Below, piece after piece: positions 37,367-50,501 of a DNA stretch of 64,000 nucleotides (positions are counted from its first letter, which is position 1; every line of letters starts with the position of its first letter). The notes beneath the pieces were generated by a model that made no database searches, was not told the origin of the DNA, and saw only the letters and a list, made by a program, of their open reading frames with translations. Source of the stretch: Scyliorhinus canicula. Lineage: Eukaryota. Location of the stretch: the NCBI RefSeq assembly GCF_902713615.1, contig NC_052149.1, positions 127,041,256 through 127,105,255 of the forward strand. The letters are read 5' to 3'. Made by a program: the position numbers and the translations under genes.

Positions 37367-38180
37367 ATGGACATCAGAGTCAAGCCTGACCGTCTGCAAC
37401 TGGATCCACAGTCGCCTCACACCAGAAAAGACTTTGATCACTGGCTTGCAGTCTTTGAGGCCTACATCTCTTCAGCGGACCCTCCCCCGACGGAGGCTCA
37501 GAAAAAGCAACTCCTGTACTCCAGACTTAGCTCCAGTGTCTTTCCGCTAATTCGAGATGCGACTGACTACGCCACAGCTATGGAACTGCTCAAGGAGAAC
37601 TATACACAGTCGGCGAACACCCTGTTTGCGAGGCATCAACTCTCTACTCACGTCCAGCAGCCGGGTGAGTCGATTGAGGACTTCTGGAAGGCACTTATAC
37701 CTCTGGTACGAGACTGCGACTGCCGGGCCCTCAGAGCCACGGAAAACTCTGACTTACTCATGCGCGATGCCTTTGTTACAGGCATTGCATCGGACCCCAT
37801 CTGGCAACGACTGCTGGAAGGGGTCGCCCCCGACCTCGCGGCTGCAAAGGCCCTGGCGTTTTCCATGACGGCCGCCTCCCGTAGTGCGAGATCTTACTCT
37901 GCTAGCCACTCGGCCCACCCATCCTACCCCTCGTGGACCCCGCAAACGGCCCCCCAGGCCCATCCGTCCTACCCCTCGTGGACCCCGCAAATGACCCCCC
38001 CATCAGCCGCCCCAGCGCACTACGCCTGCGCTGCCCGCCGCATCGCGCTCCCTGGGGGTCCCCACTGTTATTTCTGCGGTCAGCAGAAGCACCCCCGCCA
38101 CGCTGCCCGGCCCGCACCGTGACCTGCAAAGCTTGTGGCAAGAAAGGCCACTTTGCAGCGGTGTGTTGCCGGACGGTCAC
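37367..38180 (+). pseudogene. Gypsy gag with zinc knuckles, frameshifted near 38100
   Basis: MDIRVKPDRLQLDP...CYFCGQQKHPR, then in another frame CPARTVTCKACGKKGHFAAVC (CCHC). Confidence 0.88.
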
Positions 38181-38399
38181 CGCTATCGCGCCCCCGGTCC
38201 CCTCGCCTCAGCCGCTCGCTCAATGGGCCCCGCCGTCCGCTTCCCCCAACCCCACGTGCGATCAGTGGGCGCCGCCATCTTTCACCACCCCCGCCACGTG
38301 CGTTCCATGGGTGCCGCCATTTTACCCACAGGTACTCCAGACGCCGACATTTTGTCCTCCCCCGGGACGGGGCCACGGGACACGGGTCGCTACCGCACC

Positions 38400-41100
38400 T
38401 CGCCGGACTCATCTGACTCGACCGCCGATCGCCCGCTACTTGCCTCCGTTACGCTCGACCAGTCGCATCCTCGCAACCTGGCACCCTCTTCCATATCAGT
38501 GCTGGTCAACGGCCACGTGACCTCCTGCCTCATCGACTCCGGGAGCACCAAGCGCTTCGTCCACCCGGACACGGTAAAGCGCTATTCCCTTGCGGTCCAT
38601 CCCGCCAACCGGCACATCTCTCTCGCCTCCGGGTCCCACTCTGTCCCGATCCGGGGTTTCTGCCTGGTTAAACTTACTGTCCAGGGTGTGGAATTCGACC
38701 GTTTCCGTCTGTACATTCTCCCCAACCTCTGCGCGTCACTCTTATTAGGCCTGGATTTCCAGTGCAACCTCCAGAGCCTCACCCTCAAATTCGGCGGACC
38801 CCTACCTCCCCTCACCGTTTGCGGCCTCGCGACCCTCAAGGTCGAGCCTCCCTCACTCTTTGCCAATCTGACTGCAGATTGCAAGCCCGTCGCCACCAGG
38901 ACCAGACGGTACAGCACCCAGGACAAGGCCTTCATCAGGTCCGAAGTCCAACGGCTGCTTCGGGAGGTTATCATCGAGGCCAGCAACAGCCCTTGGAGAG
39001 CCCAGGTGGGAGTGGTTAAGACCGGGGAGAAGCACAGGATGGTCGTGGACTACAGCCAGACCATCAACCGGTACACGCAGCTCGACGCGTACCCCCTCCC
39101 TCGCTTATCTGATATGGTCAATCAGATTGCACAGTACCGGGTCTTCTCTACTATTGACCTGAAATCCGCCTACCACCAGCTCCCCATCCGTAAATCGGAC
39201 CGTCCCTACACTGCCTTCGAGGCAGACGGTCGTCTGTACCAATTTCTTAGGGTTCCCTTCGGCGTCACAAATGGGGCCTCGGTCTTTCAGCGAGAAATGG
39301 ACCGAATGGTTGACCGGTACGGACTGCAGGCCACCTTCCCGTACCTCGACAATATCACCATCTGCGGCCATGACCAGCAGGACCATGATGCCAACCTTTC
39401 TAAATTCCTCCACACCGCATCGCTCCTTAATCTCACGTACAACAAGGAGAAGTGCGTGTTCCGCACAAACCGCTTAGCCATCCTCGGCTACGTAGTCCAA
39501 AACGGACTACTGGGGCCCGACCCCGACCGCATGCGCCCCCTCATGGAGCTCCCCCTCCCCCACTGCCCCAAGGCCCTCAAACGTGCCTTGGGTTCTTTTC
39601 TTATTACGCCCAGTGGGTCCCACAATACGCGGACAAGGCCCGTCCACTTATCCAGTCCACACATTTTCCCCTCTCGGCCGAGGCACAACAGGCCTTCGTC
39701 CGTATTAGAGCAGACATAGCCAAGGCCGGGATGCACGCCGTAGACGAGACTCTGCCTTTCCAAGTAGAAAGCGATGCTTCAGATGTTGACTTGCCGCCAC
39801 GCTGAATCAGGCCGGCAGACCCGTGGCATTCTTTTCACGCACCCTCCACGCCTCCGAAATTCGGCATTCCTCTGTTGAAAAGGAGGCCCAGGCAATCGTT
39901 GAAGCGGTGCGGCACTGGAGGCATTACCTGGCCGGCAGGAGGTTCACCCTCCTCACTGACCAACGGTCGGTAGCCTTCATGTTCAACAACACGTAGCGGG
40001 GCAAGATCAAGAACATCAGAATCTTGCTGTGGAGAATCGAGCTCTCCATCTTTAACTACGAGATCTTGTATCGCCCTAGCAAGCTCAATGAGCCCCAGAC
40101 GCCCTCTCCCGAGGTACATGTGCCAGCGCACATGTGAACCAGCTCCGTGCCTTGCACGAGAGCCTTTGCCATCCGGGGGTCACTCGCTTGTACCATCTAA
40201 TCAAAGCCCGCAATCTGCCCTACTCCGTCGAGGAAGTACAGACAGTCACCAGAGACTGCCAGATCTGTGCGGAGTGCAAGCCGCACTTCTACCATCCAGG
40301 CCGCGCGCGCCTGGTGAAAGCGTCCCGCCCCTTTGAACGCCTCAGCGTGGACTTCAAAGGGCCCCTCCCCTCCACCGACCGCTACACCTACATCCTTTGT
40401 GTGGTCGATGAATTTTCTAGGTTCCTCTTAGCCATCCCATGCCCGGATATGACGTCTGCCACTGTCATCAAGGCCCTCGATTCCATTTTCGCCTTGTTCG
40501 GTTTCCCCGACTACATCCACAGTGACAGGGGATCCTCGTTCATGAGCGATGAGCTGCGTCATTTCCTGCTCAGCAGAGGTATCGCCTCCAGCAGGACGAC
40601 CAGCTACAACCCCGGGGGAAACGGGCAGGTAGAGAGGGAGAACGGGACAGTATGGAGGGCCGTCCAGCTGGCCCTATGGTTCACAAACCTCCCAGCCGCT
40701 CGCTGGCAGCAGGTCCTCCCTGATGCACTCCATTCCATTTGGTTGCTACTCTACACCGCAACTAACAGTACACCCCATGAACGTGTTTTTGCCTTCCCTC
40801 GGAAGTCTACATCCGGGGTATCGATCCCGACATGGCTCACGACTCCGGGCCCAGTCCTTCTCCGTAGGCATGTCCGGCACCACAAGGCGGAACCCCTGGT
40901 GGACAAAGTACGCCTTCTCCACGCCAACCCTCAGTATGCCTACGTGGAGTTCCCCGACAGCCGCCAGGACACAGTCTCGCTCCGGGACCTGGCTTCCTCG
41001 GGTGCCGATCCCATGCCCACGCCCCTTTTCCCCCCGCGCCACCTTCCTTTTCCCCGGCGCCACCCTATTCGTCCCTACCAGGTCCATCCCTCGTCCCCCT
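38400..41100 (+). pseudogene. Gypsy pol (PR, RT, RNase H, integrase), disrupted
   Basis: PR CLIDSGST; RT LDAYPLPR...YLDN; IN HESLCHPG...CQIC, SVDFKG, IHSDRG, GNGQVERENG. Frameshifts near 39.6, 39.8 and 40.1 kb and an in-frame TAG at 39994. Confidence 0.93.
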
Positions 41101-41637
41101 GCCCACAATGGAGGACACGGAAGATTTCGGCTCGCTTTCGGAAGATTTCGGCTCACTCTTGGAGTCATCCTGCCAGCAGCCAGCACCAACACCGCCAGCA
41201 CCTGCACCGACGTCGCCACCACAGCTACGCCAATCACAGCGGAACATTCGACCCCCGGTTCGGCTCAACCTGTGACCTGCTGACCGGATGGACTCTTTGT
41301 TTGCTTTGTTTGGACCCTTATGTAAATAGCTCATCCTTTGTTTTATAGTTACATGTCACCCCCGCCGGACTCATTTTTTTACAGGGGGTGAATGTGGTGA
41401 TCTAACCACTGTAGTGATGTGTACTTGCAGTAGGGGGATGTATGCCTGTACCTGTAATACAGGTTCCTCCGGTAAGCCCCTGCCGGTTAGCTCCGCCCAC
41501 AGGGAGCTTGAGTATAAATATGCGTGTGAGTCACTCAGACCCTAGTCTACAGTTGCAGATGGAGGAATAGCATCACACAGCAATAAAGCCTCGATTTTAC
41601 TAGTCTCTCGTCTTTGAGTATAATTGTTAGCACTACA

Positions 41638-42900
41638 CAACCTTCACTGTGATCGCCGGTAACCCCCCTTCACAAAACACATGATCAGACACCATGATCA
41701 CCGAATACTCCATCCCAACCACCTCCACCTACAACGTCTTGTCCTTGGCGAAAATATCAATCTGGAATTCACCTAATGTACTTGAGAAAAAAGCAAAAAT
41801 TCCTTCGCCCTCTGCCTTCCAAACCATCATGGGTTATCAACCCACCCCCATCCGCTCCATGAACCCCAACAATTATCTTGCCACTGATGACTCCTTCAAG
41901 AACTAAGGACACGACCGATCCAGTCTAGGATCAACAACAGTATTAAAATCTACACACTCCTCCCCTCCAGAATCAACCTGTGCGGGTCAAGGTCTGGAAC
42001 CTTCGCTAGCACCCTCTTTATAAAATCTACATCACCCCAGTTGTGGGCACAAATGTTCACCAACACCAGGGCGCACCCTCTAGCCTCCCACTCACCAGCA
42101 CATATTAACCCCTGGATCAGTCACTATGCTGCAAGCTAAAATATACACCCCTTTACTAATCAGTGTCCCAAGCCACCTTACCTTCATATCTACCCCAGAA
42201 TGAAACACCTGCCACACCCAACCTTTCCTCAATATCGTCTGATCCGTAGATCCCTCAGATGCGTCTCTTGCATCTGCCTTCAGACTCTTTAAGTGGGTGA
42301 AAACCCGGGATCTCTTGATCAGCCCATTCCGTCCCCTCACATTCCAAGAGACCAGTCTGGTCAAAGGGCTCCAAGGGCACCCATCTCCCCCCCGCCCGTA
42401 ACCAACCCCAACCCCCCCCCCCCCCCCTCCCCCGCCACCAACTTCTCGAACATCTTAACCTCATACTTTATGGCCTACATTCTCACAATCCCTTCAGGCC
42501 TCAGGTTCTGCCTCCTCGTACGGTTCTATAAGTCATTGACCCTCCACCATCATCAACATTTCTACATCCAACGAGGCAGTACAATCCTCATGGTCAGCCA
42601 TTACCTCCTCCACTTTCTGGATCGACACATTCTGTGCATTCAGCCTTTGCTCCACTGTCTCCTGGGCCTTCGGATCGGCTCTGTCACCGTGGCCAGATCC
42701 TCTGAAGCAGCCTTCCTTCACTGATTAAACTCAGCCACCAGGAACTCCACCAACTGCTCCATCGACCATTGTGCGGGCAACGATGCCACTGGTCCCTCCG
42801 ACATCTTTTCCCTGGTTGTGTAAAGCGAGTTCTCCTGGTCCGAATGATGCCCCTTATTCATTGCACTACTCGTTTGGCCATTCTTCGACATTCCCCACCA
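41638..42900 (-). mobile_element. L1/Tx1-like LINE 5' portion (APE and ORF1 fragments); continues at 36990-37092 across the Gypsy insertion
   Basis: RLVSWNVRGRNGLIKRSRVFTHLKSLKAD (APE N-terminus) and a coiled-coil ORF1 piece QETVEQRLNAQNVSIQKVEE. Confidence 0.75.
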
Positions 42901-43702
42901 AAGTTGAATAATTTATTCTTTAATATTCCCACTTTTTCCACCTGCAAGAATCCTGCAAAATGGGCAAAAAGCATCAAAGGATCCAACCTCAGGCAAGAAC
43001 CATCTTATCTGCGACCACTCACTTTGTGGCCACCACGGAAAGTTTCTGTTCCAGTCTTAATATTCGGTCTATGTGTTTGCTGTTATCAGACACTGTTTGT
43101 ATCCAAAGTGGTTCAGATGGGAATGTTGGCCAATAAAGTGTCCACATTAGAATCCAATGTGTCTGAAATTCCCCTCCCCGGGAATACAAAAAAAATCAGC
43201 AACTTTTAATAAAATTTTGCAGTTTACGGAAATGATGGCTTTGGGCCCAGCTTCGACCATTAATACTTAGACAAAACGGTCAGAGAACAGCAGGACAGCA
43301 GACCTGAATCCCACTGGACTCTAGTAGGATCTGAGAGCCAATAACGGATGGACAGTCTCGGGGATGTCCGGCCTGGGCCGGGGAGAGCCTGACCAGGGGT
43401 CCAAAAGGAGGGACAGAAATGGGATAACTGAAATTAATAAATACCGAGATTGGTGTAAATACATTCATTAATAGCTTCAGAATAGACAAATTTAGTGAGA
43501 ACTCTTTCTCGGCATGATGGAAAATTTAGCCAATGCTAGAGGCATGATGGGAACCTTGGCCAAGGATAGTTCCAGAGGCAGATGTCCCAGCAGTTATAAC
43601 AATAACAACTTTCACAGACATTTATCATTGAACAGGACAAGAAGGAGATAAGGGTGAACCAGTCCCAAGGCTGAGGGGTGAGATAATGGGAACATCTACT
43701 GA

Positions 43703-45031
43703 TGTTGTGATGAATGGAGGATTTTAGGAATATTGGATTCTAAATATTGGGGCAATTTAAGGGTGACAAGCCTGGGCTAGTAGTTTATTTTACTGCATTG
43801 GTCGTATTTTTAAAAATGGTGATGTTTTGCCTCGCCTGGGAGTTTTTGGAGCCGGAAGGTGAAATTGACTAGAGGAATGTGTTTTCAGTCTGGGCTAATG
43901 CAGTGTGGTTTGACTGGGGAAATTCTCTAGAAGTTAAAGTGCTTTCAGCCTGGAAAGGTCATTTATTTTTCAGCTTGGGGTGATGATGTCACTGGCAGGT
44001 GGAGCTAAGGGATTCAGAGAGAGTTTTTGTAAACGTTTTGGAGAAAAGTTGAATCTTATCTGGCTGATACTGAGACCACAATTCTTTCCCAGTAAGTTAC
44101 TTATAAAAAGAGTAATAAAACTTAAAGCAGAGCAGTCTTGTCTGAGGACAAGGAAGAAGCTGAAACACGCCAGGTGAACCAGCTTTTTGAAGATATTCAG
44201 CCAGAGTCTGAAGGGGAGAAGATGCCAAGGCGTGTTCATGAGAGGGGATTTTGGAAACTCTTGTGTGAATTTCCAGGGAGACCAGCTGGGTTCAGAGGGT
44301 GACAATCTTCTGGGGGGAATTGATGAGAAATCCATAGAAGTTGATTTGGGTGATATCTGTCACTTGGTCTCAGAGTGTGGTGTGTCTGACCACAGGTCTC
44401 GTATTGGTTTATATGGACTGTGTACTCACTGTGAACATCGGAGTATAAGGTAGATTTTGTAACCTGTGTTATCCTCATGAATCTGTCACGGTAGCATGGT
44501 GGTTAGCATAAATGCTTCACAGCTCCAGGGTCCCAGGTTCGATTCCCGGCTGGGTCACTGTCTGTGCGGAGTCTGCACGTCCTCCCCGTGTGTGCGTGGG
44601 TTTCCTCCGGGTGCTCCGGTTTCCTCCCACAGTCCAAAGATGTGCGGGTTAGGTGGATTGGCCATGCTAAATTGCCCGTAGTGTCCTAAAAAGTAAGGTG
44701 GGGGGGGTTGTTGGGTTACGGGTATAGGGTGGATACGTGGGTTTGAGTAGGGTGATCATTGCCCGGCACAACATCGAGGGCCGAAGGGCCTGTTCTGTGC
44801 TGTACTGTTCTATGTTCTATGTTCTATCGGTAGAGGTACAGTTGGGGTGAAGGAGCAGTATATTATAGTTCATCTTTACTTGTTTAATAAATGTTTTATT
44901 ATCTTATTAAAAGTTCATCAGCTGCCTTTTGTGACTCTTCAGTTGCCGCTCTCCATATTTCGAAGGAAAAAATAAAAGTTTGGATGTATCTGGCCGGGAT
45001 CCACCCTGGGAGCTGATTGTCCATAGCAACA
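43703..45031 (+). mobile_element. Possible LTR-like element with a V-SINE inserted at 44488-44826
   Basis: TG...CA ends with aataaa near the 3' end, but no TSD found. The embedded SINE is clear and nearly identical to 63300-63648. Confidence 0.35.
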
Positions 45032-45049
45032 TCAGCTGGGATGGGAACA

Positions 45050-46170
45050 ACACCATGTCTGGAGGAAACTGCAGAGCCCCACCTGAGTGGCCGAAACATC
45101 AGAAACACATCTCCAGGATGTCAATGGTTTCCTCAGTGATGGATATTGTCACAGAGGGCACCGTGTTGTCCCTCTTCGGCAAGGTACTTTGAGGATGACA
45201 CCAGGTGTAATGGGCCATCCCTTCAGCGGGTACCTTATGTCACCCAGTAACCATTCCTGTAAGTGCCAGGGCATTTTGAACATCTGTGAGACCTGGGAGT
45301 GAGTCAGGAGTTGTGGGAACTCCCAGAGGTCCTGGCACAAACGTGTATCATGTGCTTCTGATAATCACACACCAACTGAATGTTGATTGAGTGGAACCCT
45401 TTCCTGTTAATGAAGACCAGGGACTGAAGTGTTATGTGTACAATCGATTGCACTGTGCACTTTGGGAAAGCCGGAGATTGCTGCAAACCCCGAAATCTCA
45501 CAGGCTGGTTCTTATCATCCAATGTGAACTTTATATAAGGATGAGGCTCACTGGAAAGGATATCTGTCACCTCCTGAATACATTAATGTGTTGAGGATTG
45601 AGAAATGCTGCATAGGGTCCCTGAGGATCCCTGGAAACAGCCCCTGGCAGGTACACTGAGTGTGGCAGTGACCTTCAGGGGCACTGGCAGAGAATGGGTT
45701 AGCAGTCAATGCACCATCATACCCTCCCACAGAATGTGGCAGATATGGATCAGCGCATCAACTGACAAATTAGACATGTCCATCAGTGTCTGTCGCACAT
45801 TTCCAAATAGGAGAGGCCTCTTTGCTGTGGGCTTGGTCATGCCAGTCACCTCCATGTATTAGGCCTGACCTCCTCAGCCTCTGGGTCTTCCTGGAGCTCC
45901 TCCGGACCATGAGCTCAGGCCAGGGCTCCTCTCTAAGCTGTGCTAGATGGCACCGGGCCCTTATTCACCTCCTCAGTCTGAGCAATGACACCAAGAAGGC
46001 AGCATTGAGCACAGCCTCCATTCTGTAATCTTTCCCCTTCCTGTGGAAAGATAGATCCAAGAGACAAATGTATCTTAGCCAACAATAACTGACCTTCCAT
46101 TCCCAGCCAGAAAACCACTGCCATGCCCTTGACCTGTGCTTGTGCTATCTGCCATTCCCTGTTCACCCCT
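45050..46170 (-). pseudogene. Harbinger transposase remnant
   Basis: FINRKGFHSINIQLVCDYQKHMIHVCARTSGSSHNS and EWLLGDIRYPLKGWPITP in separate frames. Confidence 0.85.
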
Positions 46171-47229
46171 ATAGCTGAGACACTGCCTCACTGATTATAG
46201 GTTGTCTAAGAATCCAGCCCAACAACTTGACATCTCAATCCCATATTGGATGGAAGAGGGTTGATCACAGCCATGTCATTTTGAGCCTCACTCATATGCT
46301 GCCTATTTTGGATTTGGGATGGTGCTGTTTTGTAACTTTGGGATGATTGGATGTCTTATGCCCTGTGACCCGTGTCAAATGGACAATTCAGTTTACAGTA
46401 TTTAATGGAGGTTCTTGTCGATTTTCCAGCAGATAGCACTGCAATAACTTGCCAAGTCTCCTTTAACATCACCTTCCAAACCTATTACCTGTCCCATCAC
46501 TGGGTCAAATTCCTGGAACACCATCCCTGACAGCACTGAGGGTGTACATACACCACATGGACTGCAGCGGTTCAGAAGGCAGCTCAGCACTACCTCCACA
46601 AAGGCATTTAAGGATGGGCAATAAATACTGGTCTAGCCAGCAACGCCCACATCACATATCCAAATTAAAAAAAATATTTCTAGTTTTTTGAAAGAGGAGG
46701 TTGAGGAGATATCAGAGCCATGGGATTTCATCATCCAGAGTTCCCTAGATTCTAGAACATTCCGTGTAAATTAGAAGGTTGTAAATGTAACCCCTCTGCT
46801 CCAGAAAGGAGTGAGAGAGAAAACAGGGAATTCTAGACCAGTTAGTCTGACATCAGTAACAGGGAAAATGCTGGAATCTATTATTCAGGATGCGGTAACA
46901 GGAAACCTGGAAAATCCCAATGTGATTAGACACGGTCAACATGGATTTATGAAAGGAGAATTTATGTTTGACAAAACTATGATCGATTTTTCAGTGTGTA
47001 ACTAACAGGGTCGATAGGAAGGAAACATAGATTCAATACATTTGTTTTTTTTCAGAAAACATTTGATCAGATGCCAGAGGAGAGACTTCGACACAAGATT
47101 AAGGCTTGTGGGATTGGGGGGAATTTATAAATTTGGATTCAAGACAAGCTAATGGACAGAAGGCAATGGGAATAATCAAATCATTATCAAGATGGGGAGC
47201 TGTAACTCACGGGAGACAGGATACATAGA

Positions 47230-49330
47230 TACCAAGAAGCAGGAGGAGGCCTTTTGGCCCTTCGAGCCTGCTCCGCCATTCATCACGATCATGGTTGATC
47301 ATCCAACTCAACAGTCTAATCCTGCTTTCTCCTCATAGCCTTTGATCCCATACGCCCAAGTGCTATATCTAGCCGCCTCTTGAATATATTCAATGTCTTA
47401 GCACCAACTACAGCAGCACAGTGGTTAGCACAGTTGCTTCACAGCTCCAGGCTCCCAGGTTCGATTCCCGGCTTGGGTGACTGCCTGTGATGAGTCTGCA
47501 CGTTCGCCCCTTGTCTGCGTGGGTTTCTTCCGGGTGCTCCGGTTTCCTCCCACAGTCCAAAGATGTGCAGGTTAGGTGGATTGGCCGTGATAAATTGCCC
47601 TTAGAATCCAAAAGATTAGGTGGGGTTACTGGGTTACGGGGATAGGTTAGAAGTGTGGGCTTAAATTGGGTGCTCATTCCAAGGGCTGGTGCAGACTCAA
47701 TGGGACGAATGGCCTCCTTCTGCACTGTCAATTCTATGATTCCTGTGGTAATGAATTCCACAGGCTCACCATTCTTTGGGAGATGAAATGTCTCCTCATC
47801 TCTGTCCGAAATGGTTTACTCTGAATCCTCAGACTGTGACCCCTGGTTCTGGACACACCCATCATCGGGAACATCTTCCCTGCATCTACCCTGTCTAGTC
47901 CTGTTAGAATTTTATAAGTCTCTATGAGATCCCCACTCATTCTTCTGAACTCCAGTGAGAACAATCCCAACCTAGTCAATCTCTCCTCATATGACAGTCC
48001 CGCCATCCCTGAAATCAGTCTGGTAAACCTTCGCTGCACTCCCTCGAGAGCACGGACATCCTTTCTCAGAGAAGGAGACCACAACTGCTCACAATACTCG
48101 AGGTGTGGCCTCACCAAGGCCCTGTATAATTGAGGCACACATCCCTGCTTCCGTACACGAAATCTCTCGCAATAAAGGCCAACATCTTTACCGCCTGCTC
48201 CACCTGCATGCTTACCTTCAGCAAATGGTGCAGAAGGTCACCCAGGTCCCGCTGCACACTCCCCTTTCCCAATTTACAACCATTCAAGCAGTAATTTGCC
48301 TTCCTTTTTTGCTTCTCAAGTGAATAACCTCACAGTTATCCAAATTATACTGCATCTGCCATTGATTTGCCCACTCGCCAAACCTGTCCAGATCTTGCTG
48401 TAGGATCCCTGTATCCTCGTTACAGTTCACCCTCCCACCCAACTTTGTATCGTCTGCAAACTCTGAGATGTTACATTTTGTTCCCTCATCCAAATAATTA
48501 ATATAAATTGTGAATAGCTGGGGTTCCAGCACCGATCCCTGTGGTACCCCACTGGTTACTGCCTGCCAATTTGAAAAGGACTCATTAATTCCTACTCTTT
48601 GTTTCCTCTCTGCCAACCAGTTTTCTATCCACCTCAATACATTTCCCCCAATCCCATGTGCTTTAATTTTGCACAATAATCTCTTATGCAGGACTTTGTC
48701 AAAAGCCTTCTGAAAGTCCAAATATACCACATCGACGGGCTCCCCCTTGTCAACTGTACTGGTTACATCTTCAAAGAATTCCAACAGATTTGTCAAGCAT
48801 GATTTCCCCTTCATAAATCCATGCTGACTCTGACGATCCTGCCACTGCTTTCTGAATGTTCCACTATAAAGTCCTTGATAATGGATTCAAGCATTTCCCC
48901 CACTACCGATGTTAGGCTCACTGGTCTATAATTCCCTGCTTTCTCTCTACCTCCCTTTTTGAATATCGGAGTGATGTGAGCTACCCTCCAATCTGCAGGG
49001 ACAGTTCCAGAGTCTATAGAATCCCAGATGACCACCAATGCATCCACTGTTTCCAGAGCTACCTCCTTAAACACTCTGAGATGCAGATTCTCAGGCCCTG
49101 GGGATTTATCCGCCTTCAAACCCATCAGTTTTCCCAGCACCGTTTCTGTACTAATATTGATCTTCCTCAGTTCTTCGCTCTCATTAAAGTTTCATTCTCC
49201 AAAATTTCCATATCTGATTTGTATCCTCTTTTGTGAAGACAGAACCAAAGTATGTATTCAATTGCTCAGCCATTTCTTTGTCCCTTATTATGCATTCCCC
49301 TGTTTCTGTCTGTGCTATTTACAATCTAGA
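47230..49330 (-). mobile_element. 5'-truncated CR1 LINE with a V-SINE inserted at 47411-47735
   Basis: ORFs 48811-49140, 48284-48814 and 47734-48138 carry CR1 RT motifs (KGKSCLTNLLEFFEDVT, FADD, RPHLEYC). Confidence 0.9.
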
Positions 49331-50112
49331 TCAATCATTTAGACGAGGAGACTGAGTGTAATATATTCAAATTCACTGACAATACAGAGCAAATGGAGAA
49401 AGAAAGCTGTCAGGAGGATACAGAGCGATTGCAAAGTGATATAAACAGGTTCAGATATTCGAGAGAGAGAGAGAGAGGGAGAGAGAGGAGTGTGCGGGAT
49501 CCATCCTAAGGATTTAAACTGAAAGGTGACAGAGCAGCTGCTGAGAGGCGATTGGAACAGGAGAATAAATCACAACGAGACGTCATGTGGGGTTATGTTG
49601 TGTTCTTTGTTTTAGTTCTTTCAGGATCGTAAAGGTTGTAGTGCTAACAAAGAACAGCAAGCTGTGGTTAATAAATAAAGCTCATTTATTACACTACACT
49701 GTTTTAGATTCAAACATTACTAAGGAATTAGTTGAGTGAAGATTACACTACACATCAACACTATTAACTGTACTATTAGTTCAACTATCTCACAACTACT
49801 CTGTCTTCCTCTCACCCACTCTCTCCATCTATTTCCATCTAACTACCAGAAGTCAAGAAGGAATGTGGGGCTGGATTCTTTGTTTGCCTATGCTGAAATC
49901 ACCAAACGCGATTGGGCGGAGAATAGAAATGCTCCAGCACCCCCAAAACGGCGTAAATGCGTCGCTCGCCGCGCGGGCTGAAAGTACAGCAGGCATATCA
50001 TTAGCGAGCCTGACAGTCGATGCTCTGGGGCCTCCACGATTCAGCGCCTCCGTGGTTCACATGTGCTCTCACAAATCGTGAACCTGGCGTCCTGGCTGCT
50101 GAGTGAGAGAGC

Positions 50113-50501
50113 TGTCATAATATAGAATGGAGTGAAGACAGGCAGTGATCAACACACAGGATGACCAGTAAGCACACAGAACAAAGCAACCAATCACCAG
50201 ACAGGACACGGCCACTATAAAGCCAGAGGGCACTAGGTTTCCCGCTCTCTCTGGACCCAGCCACTGAGACAGTCAGAGCCCGTGAACTAGCCAGTGCAAA
50301 CACCATGCGGTAGCTAGTAAGTCTGGTCAGGCTAGTACGAGGTCTCCAGTCAATTCAGTATCGTGTCAACCCCCAGTTGAACATGTATAAAGTTAAGACA
50401 TTAAATAAAATCACGTTGGAACTTCTCCAGTGTTGGAGGTCTGTCTCTCGCTACACTGCATCAAGTGCAGTCCACGTCGACCCAACCTGCCCAACACATC
50501 A
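50113..50501 (+). mobile_element. Solo LTR, 389 bp
   Basis: TGTCA...CATCA ends, perfect 5-bp TSD AGAGC, ctataaag TATA and aataaa. Confidence 0.88.

Larger units (their letters stand above)
37093..41637 (+). mobile_element. Full-length decayed Gypsy/Ty3 LTR retrotransposon (4.5 kb)
   Basis: 245-bp TG...CA LTRs at 37093-37337 and 41393-41637 (about 11 mismatches by eye), 5-bp TSD CAACC, PPT agggggtgaa before the 3' LTR, domain order gag-PR-RT-RH-IN. Confidence 0.97.
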
